64,000 bases of DNA from Squalus acanthias (Eukaryota), in assembly GCA_030390025.1 (NCBI GenBank), contig CM059431.1, positions 153,266,001 through 153,330,000 of the forward strand, read 5' to 3'. The notes under the pieces were generated by a model, which was given only the letters and a program-made list of their open reading frames with translations, made no database searches and had not been told where the DNA came from. Shown here one piece after another: positions 23,112 to 35,216 of this stretch; the first letter of the stretch is position 1; each line of letters begins with the position of its first letter. The position numbers were made by a program, and so were the translations under genes.

Positions 23112-24287
23112 AGGACAGATTTCACTGTCAACATAACGGCGAGGATAACGGCGTTTGCCATTATTTATGCGCAAGTCCTACAGCAACTTCAGGCGAGGGC
23201 AGATGCGTGGTTAACGCGAAAATCCGGAAGTTGCTGTCTGAAATGCGAGCCCCTGTCGTTAGCTTCGTGAAAACGGCACCTCGCTTTCTGATTCACTATT
23301 CCAATGTATTGAACTGTGTGAAGTTCCTGTACTTGCATGGTAGATATGAAATAAATTCGCTGCAGAAATGTAGGGCTTTTCCATTTTAGAACATAAGGAC
23401 ATAAGAACTAGGAGCAGGAGTAGGCCATATGGCCCCTCGGTCCTGCTCTGCCATTCAATACATTCATGGCTGATCTTGGACCTCCACTTTCTCACCCGAT
23501 CCCTATCCCTTGATTCCTCTATAACCCAAAAATCTATCGATCTCAACCTTGAATATATACAACGCCTCAGCATGCACAGCACTTTGGGGTAGAGAAATCA
23601 GAAGATTTAAAACCCTCTGAGTGAAGAAATTCCTCTTCTTCTCAGTCTTAAATGGACGACCCCTTATTCAGAGACTATGCTCACTCGTTCTAGAGTCTTC
23701 AGACAAGGGGAACACCCTCTCAGCATCTACCCTATCAAACCCCCTAAGAATCTTATATGTTTCAATGAGATCACCTGTCATTCTTCTAAACACCAGAGAG
23801 TATAGGCCCAATCTACTCAATTTCGTCTAAGTACGCGTTTTAACGGCGTGGTAAGTTTTAATTACTGCCAAACAATCTCTCTTGCTCTGAAAATTAACAT
23901 TTACAATTGTGGAGTCTCATTCCTTCAGATTTTAATTGTTGGAGTTCTACTTTTACATTTTCTTTCCATCTATTGTTCTCTTTCTATTCAGCCAGTCTTT
24001 ATTTCCCTCCCTTTTTTTTGCTTTCTGTACCTGATTTGACATTGAATTTATTACTCTGACGTATACATCCTGGTTCGGATTGCGCTGTTCATTAACCATA
24101 CGTCAATCTGATTGGTTAAGGTGATACACAGTTGCTTGCCCTGTTGACACAGGCCCCAGATGCCTTATAGAGGGCCCTACACCATGTGCAACTCACACTT
24201 ACAGCAACTGGCAGTGCAAAAGCTAATGGAAATTAAATGGGCATGGGCAAGTCTCCTTTCTCCGCCGGCTACAGTAAATTCTGGCCC
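23112..24287. mobile_element. Non-autonomous TIR DNA element with 3-bp AAG flanking repeat, containing a CR1 3' fragment
   Basis: Left end aggacagatttcactgt; right end acagtaaattctggccc (reverse complement gggccagaatttactgt). AAG flanks both sides and the host CR1 resumes after 24287. Confidence 0.7.
23388..23826 (-). mobile_element. 5'-truncated CR1 3' end nested in the DNA element
   Basis: Tail agaacataaggacataagaac, hairpin ggagcaggagtaggcc, RT C-terminal homology. Confidence 0.85.
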
Positions 24288-24776
24288 AAGAGGTAGGCCT
24301 TTTAAGAGGGAAATTAGGAAGAAAGCTTTTGACAAACAATGTCAGTAGAAACATCGAATTCTCTGAACCAAAATGCTGTGGCTTCTCGGCGAAATGGAGC
24401 TTTGAAGACTGAGATAGATTTTTGTTAGGTAATGCTTTCAAGAGCTTTGGAGCTGAAGTGGATAAATGGAGCAAAGGTACAGATCTGCCACGATCTAATT
24501 CAATGGCGGAGCAGGCTTCATAGGCGGAATGGCCGAGAGCTGTTCATATGAATTATTTTAGACGGCGATTGCTGTATCATTGGACATACGAAGAAACGAA
24601 AAGCTTTCGCAAAAAAATCCAGAAGTGTGTTCTCTAGTCCACTTGTGTCAGCGATTTCGTAAACAAAGCGATAATTACTCCAACGCCCATTTCTCTCAAA
24701 ACAGGCAATCGTTTATTCAGAGAGCTGTTAGCATTTCGCTTGCGGCAGCGAACGTGTGGAACCGTGCCGGCTTGTT

Positions 24777-25370
24777 TCATCCCGTTGCTGACTCAAAACA
24801 ACTGGTGGAATCATCCAGCCGCGTTTCCTCTTCTTCACATGGCAGAAAACTGTTTCCGTTCATGACTTTTTCTCTGAGATATTCCTCAATGCATTTCACT
24901 GCTGTGTTGTCCACTGCAGCGTCGAACATGTTGGCAAACAGGTGGTGCTGATGCTGCAGGATCCAGTGCAAGTCTCCAGCGCCGTAGACACACATACCGT
25001 GGCGGTGAATACCTGCGCAGGGCGAATAGCTGCCTCCCTCCTTCCCCACACGTTCCAGGACCTGCCATTTTATCAACCGCGGAACGACAGGGACATTTGG
25101 GGGATGGGAAGGGCCACTAAAGTGGCTAGAGCCGGGAACGCCGGGCATTCTGTGGATGGTGGCCCAAATGTGTTCATCGGGACTGTAGGTGTCTTCAGAT
25201 CACTTTAAGAAATGTTGGATTTCGGGGCTCCTCAACACGTGGTTAACAAATTCCCTAGTAACCGCATAATACGCGTTTCCCGCGAAAACCGTGATATTGT
25301 TCAGCTGCTCTTTCAACTGACCAGTCCTCCAAGCAACGCTGCCAACCCGATATCGGTACTGCCACCGTTT
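24777..25370 (-). pseudogene. Terminal coding exon of a core-2/I-branching beta-1,6-N-acetylglucosaminyltransferase (GCNT family, GT14) with an in-frame TGA
   Basis: Acceptor cctttttgtgtcactttcag|AAA CGG TGG, then KRWQYRY...VFAGNAYYAVTREFV...[27 protein letters not shown]...RLIKW...PCAGIHRHGMCVYGAGDLHW...HLFANMFD...CIEEYLREK. TGA at 25202-25200 replaces a conserved Trp. Minus-strand AATAAA at 24717-24712. Confidence 0.85.
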
Positions 25371-25654
25371 CTGAAAGTGACACAAAAAGGAAGGATTATG
25401 AGCACCAATCATTCGCTGTTAAAACTCACAGTAAAAGTGCCTGCAACAGAACCGTTTCAATGAATTCGCATATTGTCTCCACGCAGGGCGAACGGGAAAC
25501 GTCTATTTATGCTGATTTGAATGAATACTTCGGAGTAAGAAGTAAGGACAAGCGAGCCCAAACAGGAAGCATTGCTTTATTATGTGGGAAAATAAATCGG
25601 TTTATGTTGTGAAACTCCACTCGCCATTAACGCATAATTATATTCATTAATAGA

Positions 25655-25735
25655 TGTGGGTGATAGACAGGTGGATAGATAGGTAGATAGATAAATAGAT
25701 AGATAGATAGATAGATATTTAGATAGATAGATAGG

Positions 25736-25767
<32 letters not shown>

Positions 25768-26375
25768 CAGACAGAGAGACAGAGAGACAGAGAGACAGAC
25801 AGACAGGCAGATAGACAGACAGACAGACAGACAGAGAGACATATCAACTTTGATTGGGAGGATGGATGGATGGATAAAGGAATGAATGAATGAATGAATG
25901 AAAAGATGGAAGAATGAATTAATGAACAAATGATTGGATGTAAAGATGAATGAATGGATAAATGAATGAATGAATGGATGGTAGGATGGATGGATGAATG
26001 AATGAGTGAATGAATGAAAGAAAGAAAGAATGAATGAATGAATGAAAGAATGAATTAATGAATGGATGGAACAATGAATAAATGAATAAATGAATGAAAT
26101 AATGAATGAGTGAATTAAATAATGAATGAATGAAAGAATGCATGAATGAATGCATGAATGAATAAATGAACGAATGAATGGATTGAGGATAGATGAATGA
26201 TTGTATGAATGAATGAGTGAAGGAACGAACGAACGAATGAATGAATTAATTAATGATAGAATGATGAATGAATGAATGGATGGATGAATAATGGATTAAT
26301 GAATGGATGAATGAATGAATGGATGAATGAATGAATGGATGGGTTGATGGATAGATGAATTATTGGATGGATGCA
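25655..26375. repeat. Compound microsatellite (GATA)n/(GACA)n/(GGAT)n/(GAAT)n
   Basis: Directly visible; the same GAAT/GGAT array resumes at 27486-27565. Confidence 0.97.
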
Positions 26376-26384
26376 TGTCTATAC

Positions 26385-27485
26385 GAGCATGGATTCAGAT
26401 TTGTTTAACGGAAAGAAAACAGAGAGTAGGAAATACGGGTCATTTTCGGGTTGGCAGGCTGTAACTAGTGGGGTACAGCAAGGATCAGTGCTTGGGCCTC
26501 AGCTAATCGTAATCTACATCAACGATTTGGATGAGGGGACCTGATGTAATATATCCTAGTATGCTGAGAATAAAAAGCTGGGTGGGAATGAAAGTTGTGA
26601 GGAGGATGCAAGGAGGCTTCAGTGGGACATAGACAGGAGGCTAGGTGAGTGAGCAAGAGCATGGAAAATGGAATATAACGTGGAGAAATGTGAAATTCTG
26701 CACTTCGTTAGGAAAAATAGAAAAACAGAGTATTTTTTAAATGGTGAGTGATTGGGAAATGTTTGTGTCCAGAGGGATATGATGTCCTTGTACTCGAATC
26801 ACTGCAAGTTAACATGCAGGTACAGCAACCAATTAGGAAAGCAAATTGGTATGTTGGCCTTTATTATGAGAATTTGACTATATGAGTAAAGACAATTGAC
26901 TGCAATTATATAGGGCCCTGTTGAGAACACACCTGGAGTTTTGTGTACAGTTTTGATCTCCTTACCTAAGGAAGGATATACTTGCCATAGAGGGAGTGCA
27001 ACGAAGGTTCACAAGACTGGTTCCTGGGATGGAGGGACAGTCCTATGATTAGAGATTGAGTAGACTAGGACTACATTCTCTAGAGTTTAGAAGAATGAGG
27101 TGTGATCTCATTGAAACATAAAACATTCTTACAGGGCTTGACAGGGTATATGCAGGGAGGATGATTCGCCTGACTGGGGTTTCTAGAACCGGGGGTCACA
27201 GTCTCAGAATACGGTATCGGCCATTTAGGACTGAGAGGAGGAGAAATTTCTTCACTCATAATGCGGTGAATCTTTGGCATTCTCTACCCCAGAGGCCTGT
27301 GGAGGCTCAGTCGTTGAGTATATTCAAGACAGATATCGATAGCTTTTTGAATATTAAGGAAATCAAGGGAAAAGGGGATAGTTGAGAAAAGTGGAGATGA
27401 GGTAGAAGATCAGATATAATCTTATTGAATGGCGCAGCAGGATCGAAGGGTCAAATGGCCTGCTCCTGCTCCTATTTCCTATTCG
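26385..27485 (+). mobile_element. 5'-truncated decayed CR1 inserted in the microsatellite
   Basis: gtaactagtggggtacagcaaggatcagtgcttgggcc...FRTERRRNFFT... and the 3' UTR hairpin cctgctcctgctcctattt. Confidence 0.88.
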
Positions 27486-27599
27486 TGGATGAATGTATGA
27501 ATGAATGGAACGATGAATGGATGGATGGCTGGATGGATGAATGAATGGATGAATAGATGGATGGAATTCGGGGAGGGAGGTGTGCCTTCCATTTTCCAT

Positions 27600-30500
27600 C
27601 TTTGTCAGCTTCCGGGTGCGGCGGCGGACTTGCGTGAGGCGAGGCGGCGGCAGAGGGTTTAAAAGGCTCCAGAGACCAGGTAAGGCGGGACCAGTCTCCG
27701 AACTCGGAGCGAGGGAGAGAGGTAAAAATAATCGAGGTGTGACGTCACCAGAAAGCAGGTAAGTAATTGGTTGCTGAGTATTTCTCTCTTTTTAAACTTA
27801 AACTCTGTGGGATGTAGTTAATAAGGCCCTTCTGGTGCAGAGTGAGTATTGGTAAGCCGGTTAACTGTTGTAATTTAGAGGGATTGATTTAATTAAAATC
27901 CAATTAAATAGAGGGGATACTAGCATCTATAATCGGGCAGAGAGTGTCCATAACTAATAATAAAAAAAATAATTAATTACATAGAATGGAGCAGGTGATG
28001 TTTTACTGTTGCAAATGTGGGAGCCGGTGGACCCCATTGAGGCTCATGGTGATTACATCTGTGACAAGTGTCTGCTGCTACAGGAACTCCAGCTCTGTGT
28101 TGATGAGCTGGAGTCTGAGCTTCGGACACTGCGACACATCAGGGAGGGGGAGAAGTACCTGGACTTTGTGTTTCAGGAGGTGGTCACACCTATGAAGTTA
28201 ATTAATTCAGATGTAGCCCATGGTCAGGGACAGGACGGTGTGACTGCTAGTGAGGCAGGTACGGGGATCCAGAAGGTAGTATTGGAGGAGCCGCAGCTCT
28301 TGCTCTTGTCCAACAGGTTCGAGGTTCTTACTCCCTGTCGGGACGGGAGCAGGGACTGCAGGGAGGATGAGCAACCTGGCCACAGCACCATGGAACGGGG
28401 GGCCATTCAAGAGGGGCGAGTAAATAGAAATGTTGTAGTGGTAGGGGGTAGTATTATTAGGGGGATAGATAGAGTTCTCTGCAGCCGAGAGCGAGAGTCC
28501 CGTAGGCTGTGTTGCCTGCCCGGTGCCAGGGTTAAGGACATCTCCTCTGGACTGGAAAGAAACTTGCAGTGGGAGGGGGTGGATCCAGTTGTCGTGGTCC
28601 ATGTTGGTACAAACGACGTAGATAGGACAAGGAAGCCGGTTCTGTTAAAGGAGTATGAGCAGCTGGGGGTCAAATTAAAAAACAGAACCTCAAGGGTAAT
28701 AATCTCTGGATTATTCCCTGAGGCGCGAGCGAATTTGGCTAGGACATATAAAATTAGAGAGTTAAATGAGTGGCTCAAAGACTGGTGTGGGAGAAATGGG
28801 TTTTGCTTCCTGGGACACTGGCACCAGTACTGGGGCAGGAGGGAGCTGTTCCGTTGGGACGGGCTACACTTGGCCAGTGCTGGGACTAGAGTCCTGGCGG
28901 ATCATATAACTAGGGCTGTAGAGAGGGCTTTAAACTAACTTGTGGGGGGGAGGTTCCTTGAGAGCAAATAATAAAAATGACAACAGAGAAGGTCATAGAC
29001 TTAGGTAGCAGTGGGGAAATTAAAAACTAGAGTCTGTCAGGAAGGGGCAGAAGGTATGGTGTGAAAGGTAAAGTAATAAAAAGGGCAAAAATAGGAACTA
29101 AGTGTCACAAAACATATTTGAAAGTTCTCTATCTGAATGCACGTAGCATTCGTAGCAAAATAGATGAGTTAATGGCACAAATAACTACATATGGGAATTA
29201 TCTTGTGGCCATTACAGAAACATGGCTGCAGGGTGACAATACCTGGGAATTAAACATACCAGGTTATTTAACGATCAGGAATGACAGGCTGGAAGGAAGG
29301 GGAGGTGGGTGGCTCTGTTAATAAAGGAAGGAATCACTGTAATACAGAGAAATTATATTGGGTCAAAAGATCAGGTTAATGAAACAGTTTGGGTGGAGAT
29401 AAGGAATAATAAGGGGAAAAAACACGAGTGGGCGTAGTCTATAGGCCTCCGAATAGTTGCAAATCTGTTGGACGGAGTATCAATCAGGAAATAGTTGAGG
29501 CTTGTAATAAGGGAACATCTATAATTATGGGGGATTTTAACTATCATATTAATTGGACAAATCAAATTTGGCAGGGCTGCCTTGAGGATGAGTTCATTGA
29601 GTGTATTAGGGATGGGTTTCTTGAGCAGTATGTAACTGAACCGACCAGGGGGCGAGCAACCTTAGATCTGGTCCTGTGTAACGAGACAGGATTAATTAAA
29701 AATGTCCTAGTAAAGGATCCCCTTGGAATGAGTGACCATAACATGGTTGAATTCCATATTCAATTAGAGTGTGAGAAGGTTTGATCTCAAACAAGCGTGC
29801 TAAGCTTGAATAAAGGAGAATATGAAGGTATGCGAGTGGAATTTAGTAGAGTGGATTGGGAAAATAGATTAAAGGGTAAGCCGATACATGATCAGTGGTG
29901 TACATTTAAGGAGTTATTTTACAACTTCCAAAAAATATATATTCCACAGAGAAGAAAAGGGTGTAAAAGAAAAGACAGTCATCCGTGGCTAAGTAAAGAA
30001 ATTAAGGATAGTATTCGACTAAAAACAAGGACTTATAAGGTAGCCAAATCTAGTGGGAGGATAGAGGATTGGAAAAACTTTAAAAGACAGCAAAACATAA
30101 CAAAAAGATTGATTAAGAAAGGGAAGATAGATTATGAAAGTAAATTAGCAAAACATATAAAAACAGATAGTAAGAGTTTTTATAGTTATATAAAAAGAAA
30201 AAGGGTGGCTAAAGTAAATGTTGGTCCCTTAGAGGATGAGACCGGGAAACTAAAATGTGGGAAATATGGAGATGGCAAATACACTGAATGAATATTTTGT
30301 ATCAGCCTTTACAGTAGAGGAAACTAAGAATATCCCAACACTAGACAAACAGGGGGCTCAGGAGGGGGAAGAGCTAAACACGATCAAAATCACTAAGGAA
30401 GTGGTACTCGGTAAAATAATGGGGCTCAAGGCGGATAAATCACCTGGACCTGATGGCTTACATCCTAGGGTCTTGAAGGAAGTGGCGGTAGGGATTGTGG

Positions 30501-32160
30501 ATGCATTGGTAATAATTTTCCAAAACTCCCTGGACTCAGAAAAGATCCCGGCAGACTGGAAAACTGCTAAAGTAACACCCTTATTTAAAACGGGCAGTAG
30601 ACAGAAGGCTGGAAGCTATAGACCGGTTAGCCTAACATCTGTGGTAGGTAAAATTTTTGAGTCCATTATTAAGGAGACAGTAACGGGACATTTGGATAAT
30701 CATAATTTAATAGGACAAAGTCAGCATGGTTTTATGAAGGGGAAGTCATGTTTGACAAATTTGCTGGAGTTCTTTGAGGAAGTAACACACAGGGTGAATA
30801 AAGGGGAACCAATGGATGTGGTGTATTTAGACTTCCAAAAGGCATTTGACAAGGTGCCACATAAAATATTATGGCTTAAGATAAAAAACCACGGGATTGG
30901 GGGTAATATTCTGGCATGGATAGAGTATTGGCTATCTAACAGAAGGCAGAGAGTTGGGATAAATGGTTCATTCTCAGACTGGCAATCAGTAACTAGTGGT
31001 GTTCCGCAGGGGTCAGTGCTGGGACCCCAACTCTTTACAATCTATATTAACGATTTGGAGGAAGGGACCGAGTGTAACATATCAAAGTTTGCAGATGATA
31101 CTAAGATGGGAGGGAAAGTAGTGAGTGAGGAGGACATAAAAAATCTGTAAGGGGACATAGACAGGCTAAGTAAGTGGGCAGAGATTTGGCAGATGGAATA
31201 CAATACTGGAAAGTGTGAGGTTATGCACTTTGGCAGGAAAAATAGTAGAGCAAGTTATTATCTAAATGGCAAGAAACTGGAAAGTACTGAAGTACAAAGG
31301 GATCTGGGGGTCCTGGTGCACGAAACTCAAAAGGTTAGTATGCAGGTGCAGCAAGTGATTAAGAAGGCCAATGGAATGTTGGCTTTCTGTGCTAAGGGGG
31401 ATAGAATATAAAAATAGGGAGGTATTGCTTCAGTTGTACAAGGTATTGGTGAGACAGCACCTGGAATACTGCATACAGTTTTGGTGTCCATACTTAAGAA
31501 AAGACATACTTGCTCTCGAGTCAGTACAAAGAAGGTTCACTCGGTTAATCCCGGGGATGAGGGGATGGACATATGAGGAGAGGTTGGGTAGATTGGGACT
31601 CTACTCATTGGAGTTCAGAAGAATGAGAGGCGATCTTATTGAAACATATAAGATTGTGAAGGGGTGGGATCGGGTGGATGCGGGGAGGATGTTCCCGATC
31701 ATGGGTGAAACTAGAACTAGGGGGCATAGTCTTAAAATAAGGGGCTGCTCTTTCAAAATTGAGATGAGAAGGAACTACTTCACTCAGAGGATGGTAGGTC
31801 CATGGAATATGCTGCCCCAAAAAGTTGTAGAAGCTACATCACTACATAAATTTAAAACAGAAATAGACAGTTTCATAGAAGTAAAGGGAATTAAGGGTTA
31901 CGGGGAGCGGGCAGGAATTTGGACATGAGTCTAGGTTCGGATCGGTCATAGCCCTGTGTGTAGCGTAGCGGCCCCAGGGGCCGTGTAGCCTGATCCTGCT
32001 CCTATTTCGTGTGTCCAATTCTGTTAGGTTCAGGAGATGGTTCTGTGATAGTAGATTGGCGGTTAGTATCAGATTAGCCATGATCTTATTGAATGGCGGA
32101 GCAGGCTCGAGGGGCCAAGTGGCCTACTCCTGCTCCTATTTCTTATGTTCTTATGTTCTT
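27600..32160 (+). mobile_element. Near full-length CR1 LINE (copy B), same subfamily as copy A, multiply frameshifted
   Basis: GC-rich 5' end, ORF1 27986/28009-28938, ORF2 fragments 29061-31928 (LNARS, SDHNM, KFADD, GYGERAGIWT), doubled 3' UTR and (TTCTTATG)n tail. Confidence 0.95.
27986..28938 (+). pseudogene. CR1 ORF1 (zinc knuckle, coiled coil, SGNH esterase) with an N-terminal frameshift
   Basis: MEQVMFYCC in one frame continues as MWEPVDPI... in another; the GDS motif reads GGS. Confidence 0.85.
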
Positions 32161-33702
32161 ATAAATACTCTAATACCAACACAGGAGGCATTGTAATGAA
32201 AGGGTTAATCCGTCTGACGTCTGCTATTGTTATACCTTTTTGGTATTTCTTTGTAAGTTCGGAATATTATCTTTTAGCCTTTTCCTGTTAAGCAGGGAAG
32301 CGAAAGTCTATTTACGGTACCACTGGAATTTTGGGCAAGGGCTGACCCTGCAGGAATGTCAGTTTCAGGCTGAAGTAATCAAAGATATAATTGAAGACCT
32401 GCCACTTCAAATTCATTCATAAATATCAGAGACATGGAATAATTTGATAATAGTGCAGGAACGTGTTAGTTATGCAAATTAAATTATCTGGAAACACATC
32501 ACCAGTTCTAATTGGTTCAAATGATGTAGAAACAAATACAGACTTATATTTACAGGTTTCAAGGTTGGGACTGCAACTATATGGTTTAAGAGTGAGACGG
32601 TCAATAACACTGAACTAAATCAATTATACTCGTCAAACCAATGGAAAAATAAACCCATTAAGTAAGGAAAAGTATAGTTATAGATCAAAGTTAAGTGCTT
32701 TAAATGATTCTGATTTAGAGTTGTATTTAACATTTATATACTTATGTAATCCACAATTGTGTAGATTGCCACGTAGAGAGAATGGGCGATATGTATAACA
32801 ATGCTGTTTGTAATCAGTGCTCGGATTTGAAAGGCCTCCGCTACTGAGCTCAGAACTGTAACACGTTTAAATCCGCAAACAACCATCATCAGTTGTGGTT
32901 GCAAGTAGTAACTTTTAAGTATATTAATCAATACTATTGCATGCACCGTGTGCTCAATAAACCTGTGACACCTCACTTTAATGTTCAAGAAACTTATTGA
33001 AAGCCTGTCGCCAGCGACAGCCTCAATACTTTAGTTGCCCGCGTGCAGCTCATGCACTGCCAAACCGGCTGGCATCCAGTTTCTGGGGGAAGTGGTTATG
33101 ATTTGCGGACATTTCTGTGTAATATGCATATTCTCACTTAACATCCAACAGGTACTCGTTTTCACATGCAGTGATCGCTTGCATAGCAATGTTTTTGTTT
33201 ATCTCTCACTAAGAAGGGTTGGGTTCGAGCCATATCCGAGAGAGCCTCAGTGAGAGGCTCTGAATACCCAGCGCAGGTACTAGCATTGAATCTGTGTAGG
33301 TGCACGTCCACAGTTTGGGGAAGGTGGGGCTCTTTAGCCTAGGTTATTGATTAGCAAGGAGAATATATTCTATTTTACGGGATTAATTTTAACTTTGAGC
33401 GATGGTGCAATATATGCGATATCAAATGAACCACCCAGTGTGCACCACGGGCCATTTTCCTTTCTATTGAATTCAATGGAAGGGGAAATAGAGCATGATC
33501 ATTCTCGAACTCGCCATGAAGGGATGTTTTATTGAATTCAAGTGGGAATGGATTTATTCAGAAGAAGTATGGTGTAAGGAAATACAAATACGAAGAAATC
33601 ATTTAAAATTAGGGCATTACCTTCAGCACAGAGGCTAGTAAAGGGAGACTTGGTGCAGGTTGTCTAAAATTATGAAGGGACGGAACAGAGTAAAGAGGAA
33701 CA

Positions 33703-33873
33703 GGTGGTCATCTTAACCTAAGTCGCCGGTCGGGAAACCCACCAGTTTGGATCAATCGCTATTTTACCCAGCTCAATATTACTCCGCATTCACTTCAAAG
33801 GAGAGTGAAATCGGGCCAGGTGTAAAACCGGCGTTCAATTTTCCGATGGGCGGGTTCGGTTAACATTGCTCCC
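33703..33873. mobile_element. Palindromic MITE inside a decayed CR1 fragment
   Basis: Arms gtggtcatcttaacctaagtcgcc / gggcgggttcggttaacattgctccc around a central cattcacttcaaag, as in the other MITEs here. Confidence 0.55.
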
Positions 33874-33990
33874 TGGTTCCAGTGGTCTAGATGTCGCGAA
33901 GAAACAACATAGATATAAAGTTAAATGTAAGGTTTTTGGGACAGAGAGCAGGATAAAACTTACAGTTTTTGAAAGCTTTTCAGAATAATT

Positions 33991-34717
33991 TGTCCGTGAC
34001 TACACAAACCAATCTGGGTACAGGTATATTGTGTATCAGTAAAACAGGTTTATTAAGTATTAACCATCCAGTACAAAGAAGTAGTACTTAACAGGAAGAT
34101 AGTCGCAGTCTGTTCATCGAACCCCGGTGTTCCTTCCGAGTGACTATGGCGTGGTCTCTTTATTCTCTTGCTGTGTTCTGTTGACTGAAGTTTCTTCTTC
34201 CTCTCACTTCGTGCTGCTTTCGATGTTCAATACCTGGATATTTGTACCCTGTTTCCTCCGTTTCTGCCTACGTGGAAGTAACTAGCTCTCTGACACCTGG
34301 TAATTGTCCCCCCTTCTCCTTGACAGTCATCTTATGACCGTCTTAATCCCACTAGGCCTCTTTTTGTGCATAATAAGATACCCTTATCTAAGAATTCCAC
34401 TTTACAGAACATTCTTGAGGTGTTTTCTAAACAGTTTGTCTATTCTGCAGTTTCTTAAGTGAAGACTGTCTCTAACTCCTCTAGCTCATATCTCTTCTTC
34501 ATAACATTACTGAATTCCATGTCTCCTACAGTCTCTGTGTTTACTTAACACAACATTCCATTACTTCAGCATATTCTAACAGAGTTTAGCCAGGTCCGCA
34601 TCATTTCCCATCCTGCTTTGCTTCTCAGCCATTCGCCATTTTGGACAGGCTTTTTAGGTTTTTAAAGTACAATTTCACATATTACAGTTATTTATTAATG
34701 ATTACAAAATCTTAACA
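33991..34717 (-). mobile_element. Possible solo LTR
   Basis: TGT...ACA ends, non-coding, minus-strand AATAAA about 60 nt from its 3' end; no matching target duplication seen. Confidence 0.35.
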
Positions 34718-35216
34718 ATGTTTACTAAATTCTACTGGTACACTCTACCCTGCAACATTTTTAAACAGAGCATTGTGAGACTATCCAAGGCAGAATGGAA
34801 TTAGGTTGTGAAGCCCAGACCACGGGGAGCAATTTTAACTGGGGGCACGTTCGGGGTGAGTGGAAACCCCCATGTTGAGCTCAGCGTGGAGCAGGGGGAA
34901 TTTAAGTCTTTTTAAAATCCAGGACCGTTTCCCACCCAAAACTGGTGGAAGCCATTACAGCACTCATCGGCGGGAGCAAAGATCGGGTTGTGAAGCCAGG
35001 ACAGTCGGGGGTATGGGAATGGCCCCGGCATAAAATCAATATTGGGTAGTGGATTGAGAAACCGATGTGGGCGCTTAGAAGGAGAGGTAAGTCCGGGCTG
35101 GGGATGACTAAGCATTCCTTGCAGGGCCCAATGAAGCAGTCCTGCTGCTCCTGACCTTACTATGATTTCACAGTTGAGTGATTTTGCAAAACTTAGGTTA
35201 GCTTCTACTGGCCACT

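Larger units (their letters stand above)
21030..24550 (+). mobile_element. Old, heavily decayed CR1 (EN to 3' UTR) interrupted by a DNA transposon
   Basis: Decayed motifs gaccataacatg, ctccaggaactgatgg, ttccagaaggcattcgataagg, FDDNTKLGG, LEYCVQF; 3' UTR aatggcggagcaggc at ~24502. Confidence 0.8.

Noticed and set aside
24560..25202. Selenocysteine recoding of the GCNT in-frame TGA
   Set aside because: The position is a conserved Trp rather than Cys, TGG to TGA is a single transition, and I see no SECIS-like element in the short 3' UTR before AATAAA.
25627..26155. Ser/Ile/His/Phe-rich ORFs
   Set aside because: Translations of tetranucleotide microsatellites.
32472..32479. Octamer ATGCAAAT suggesting an Ig or snRNA promoter
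   Set aside because: No leader/V exon, recombination signal or snRNA body is recognisable nearby.
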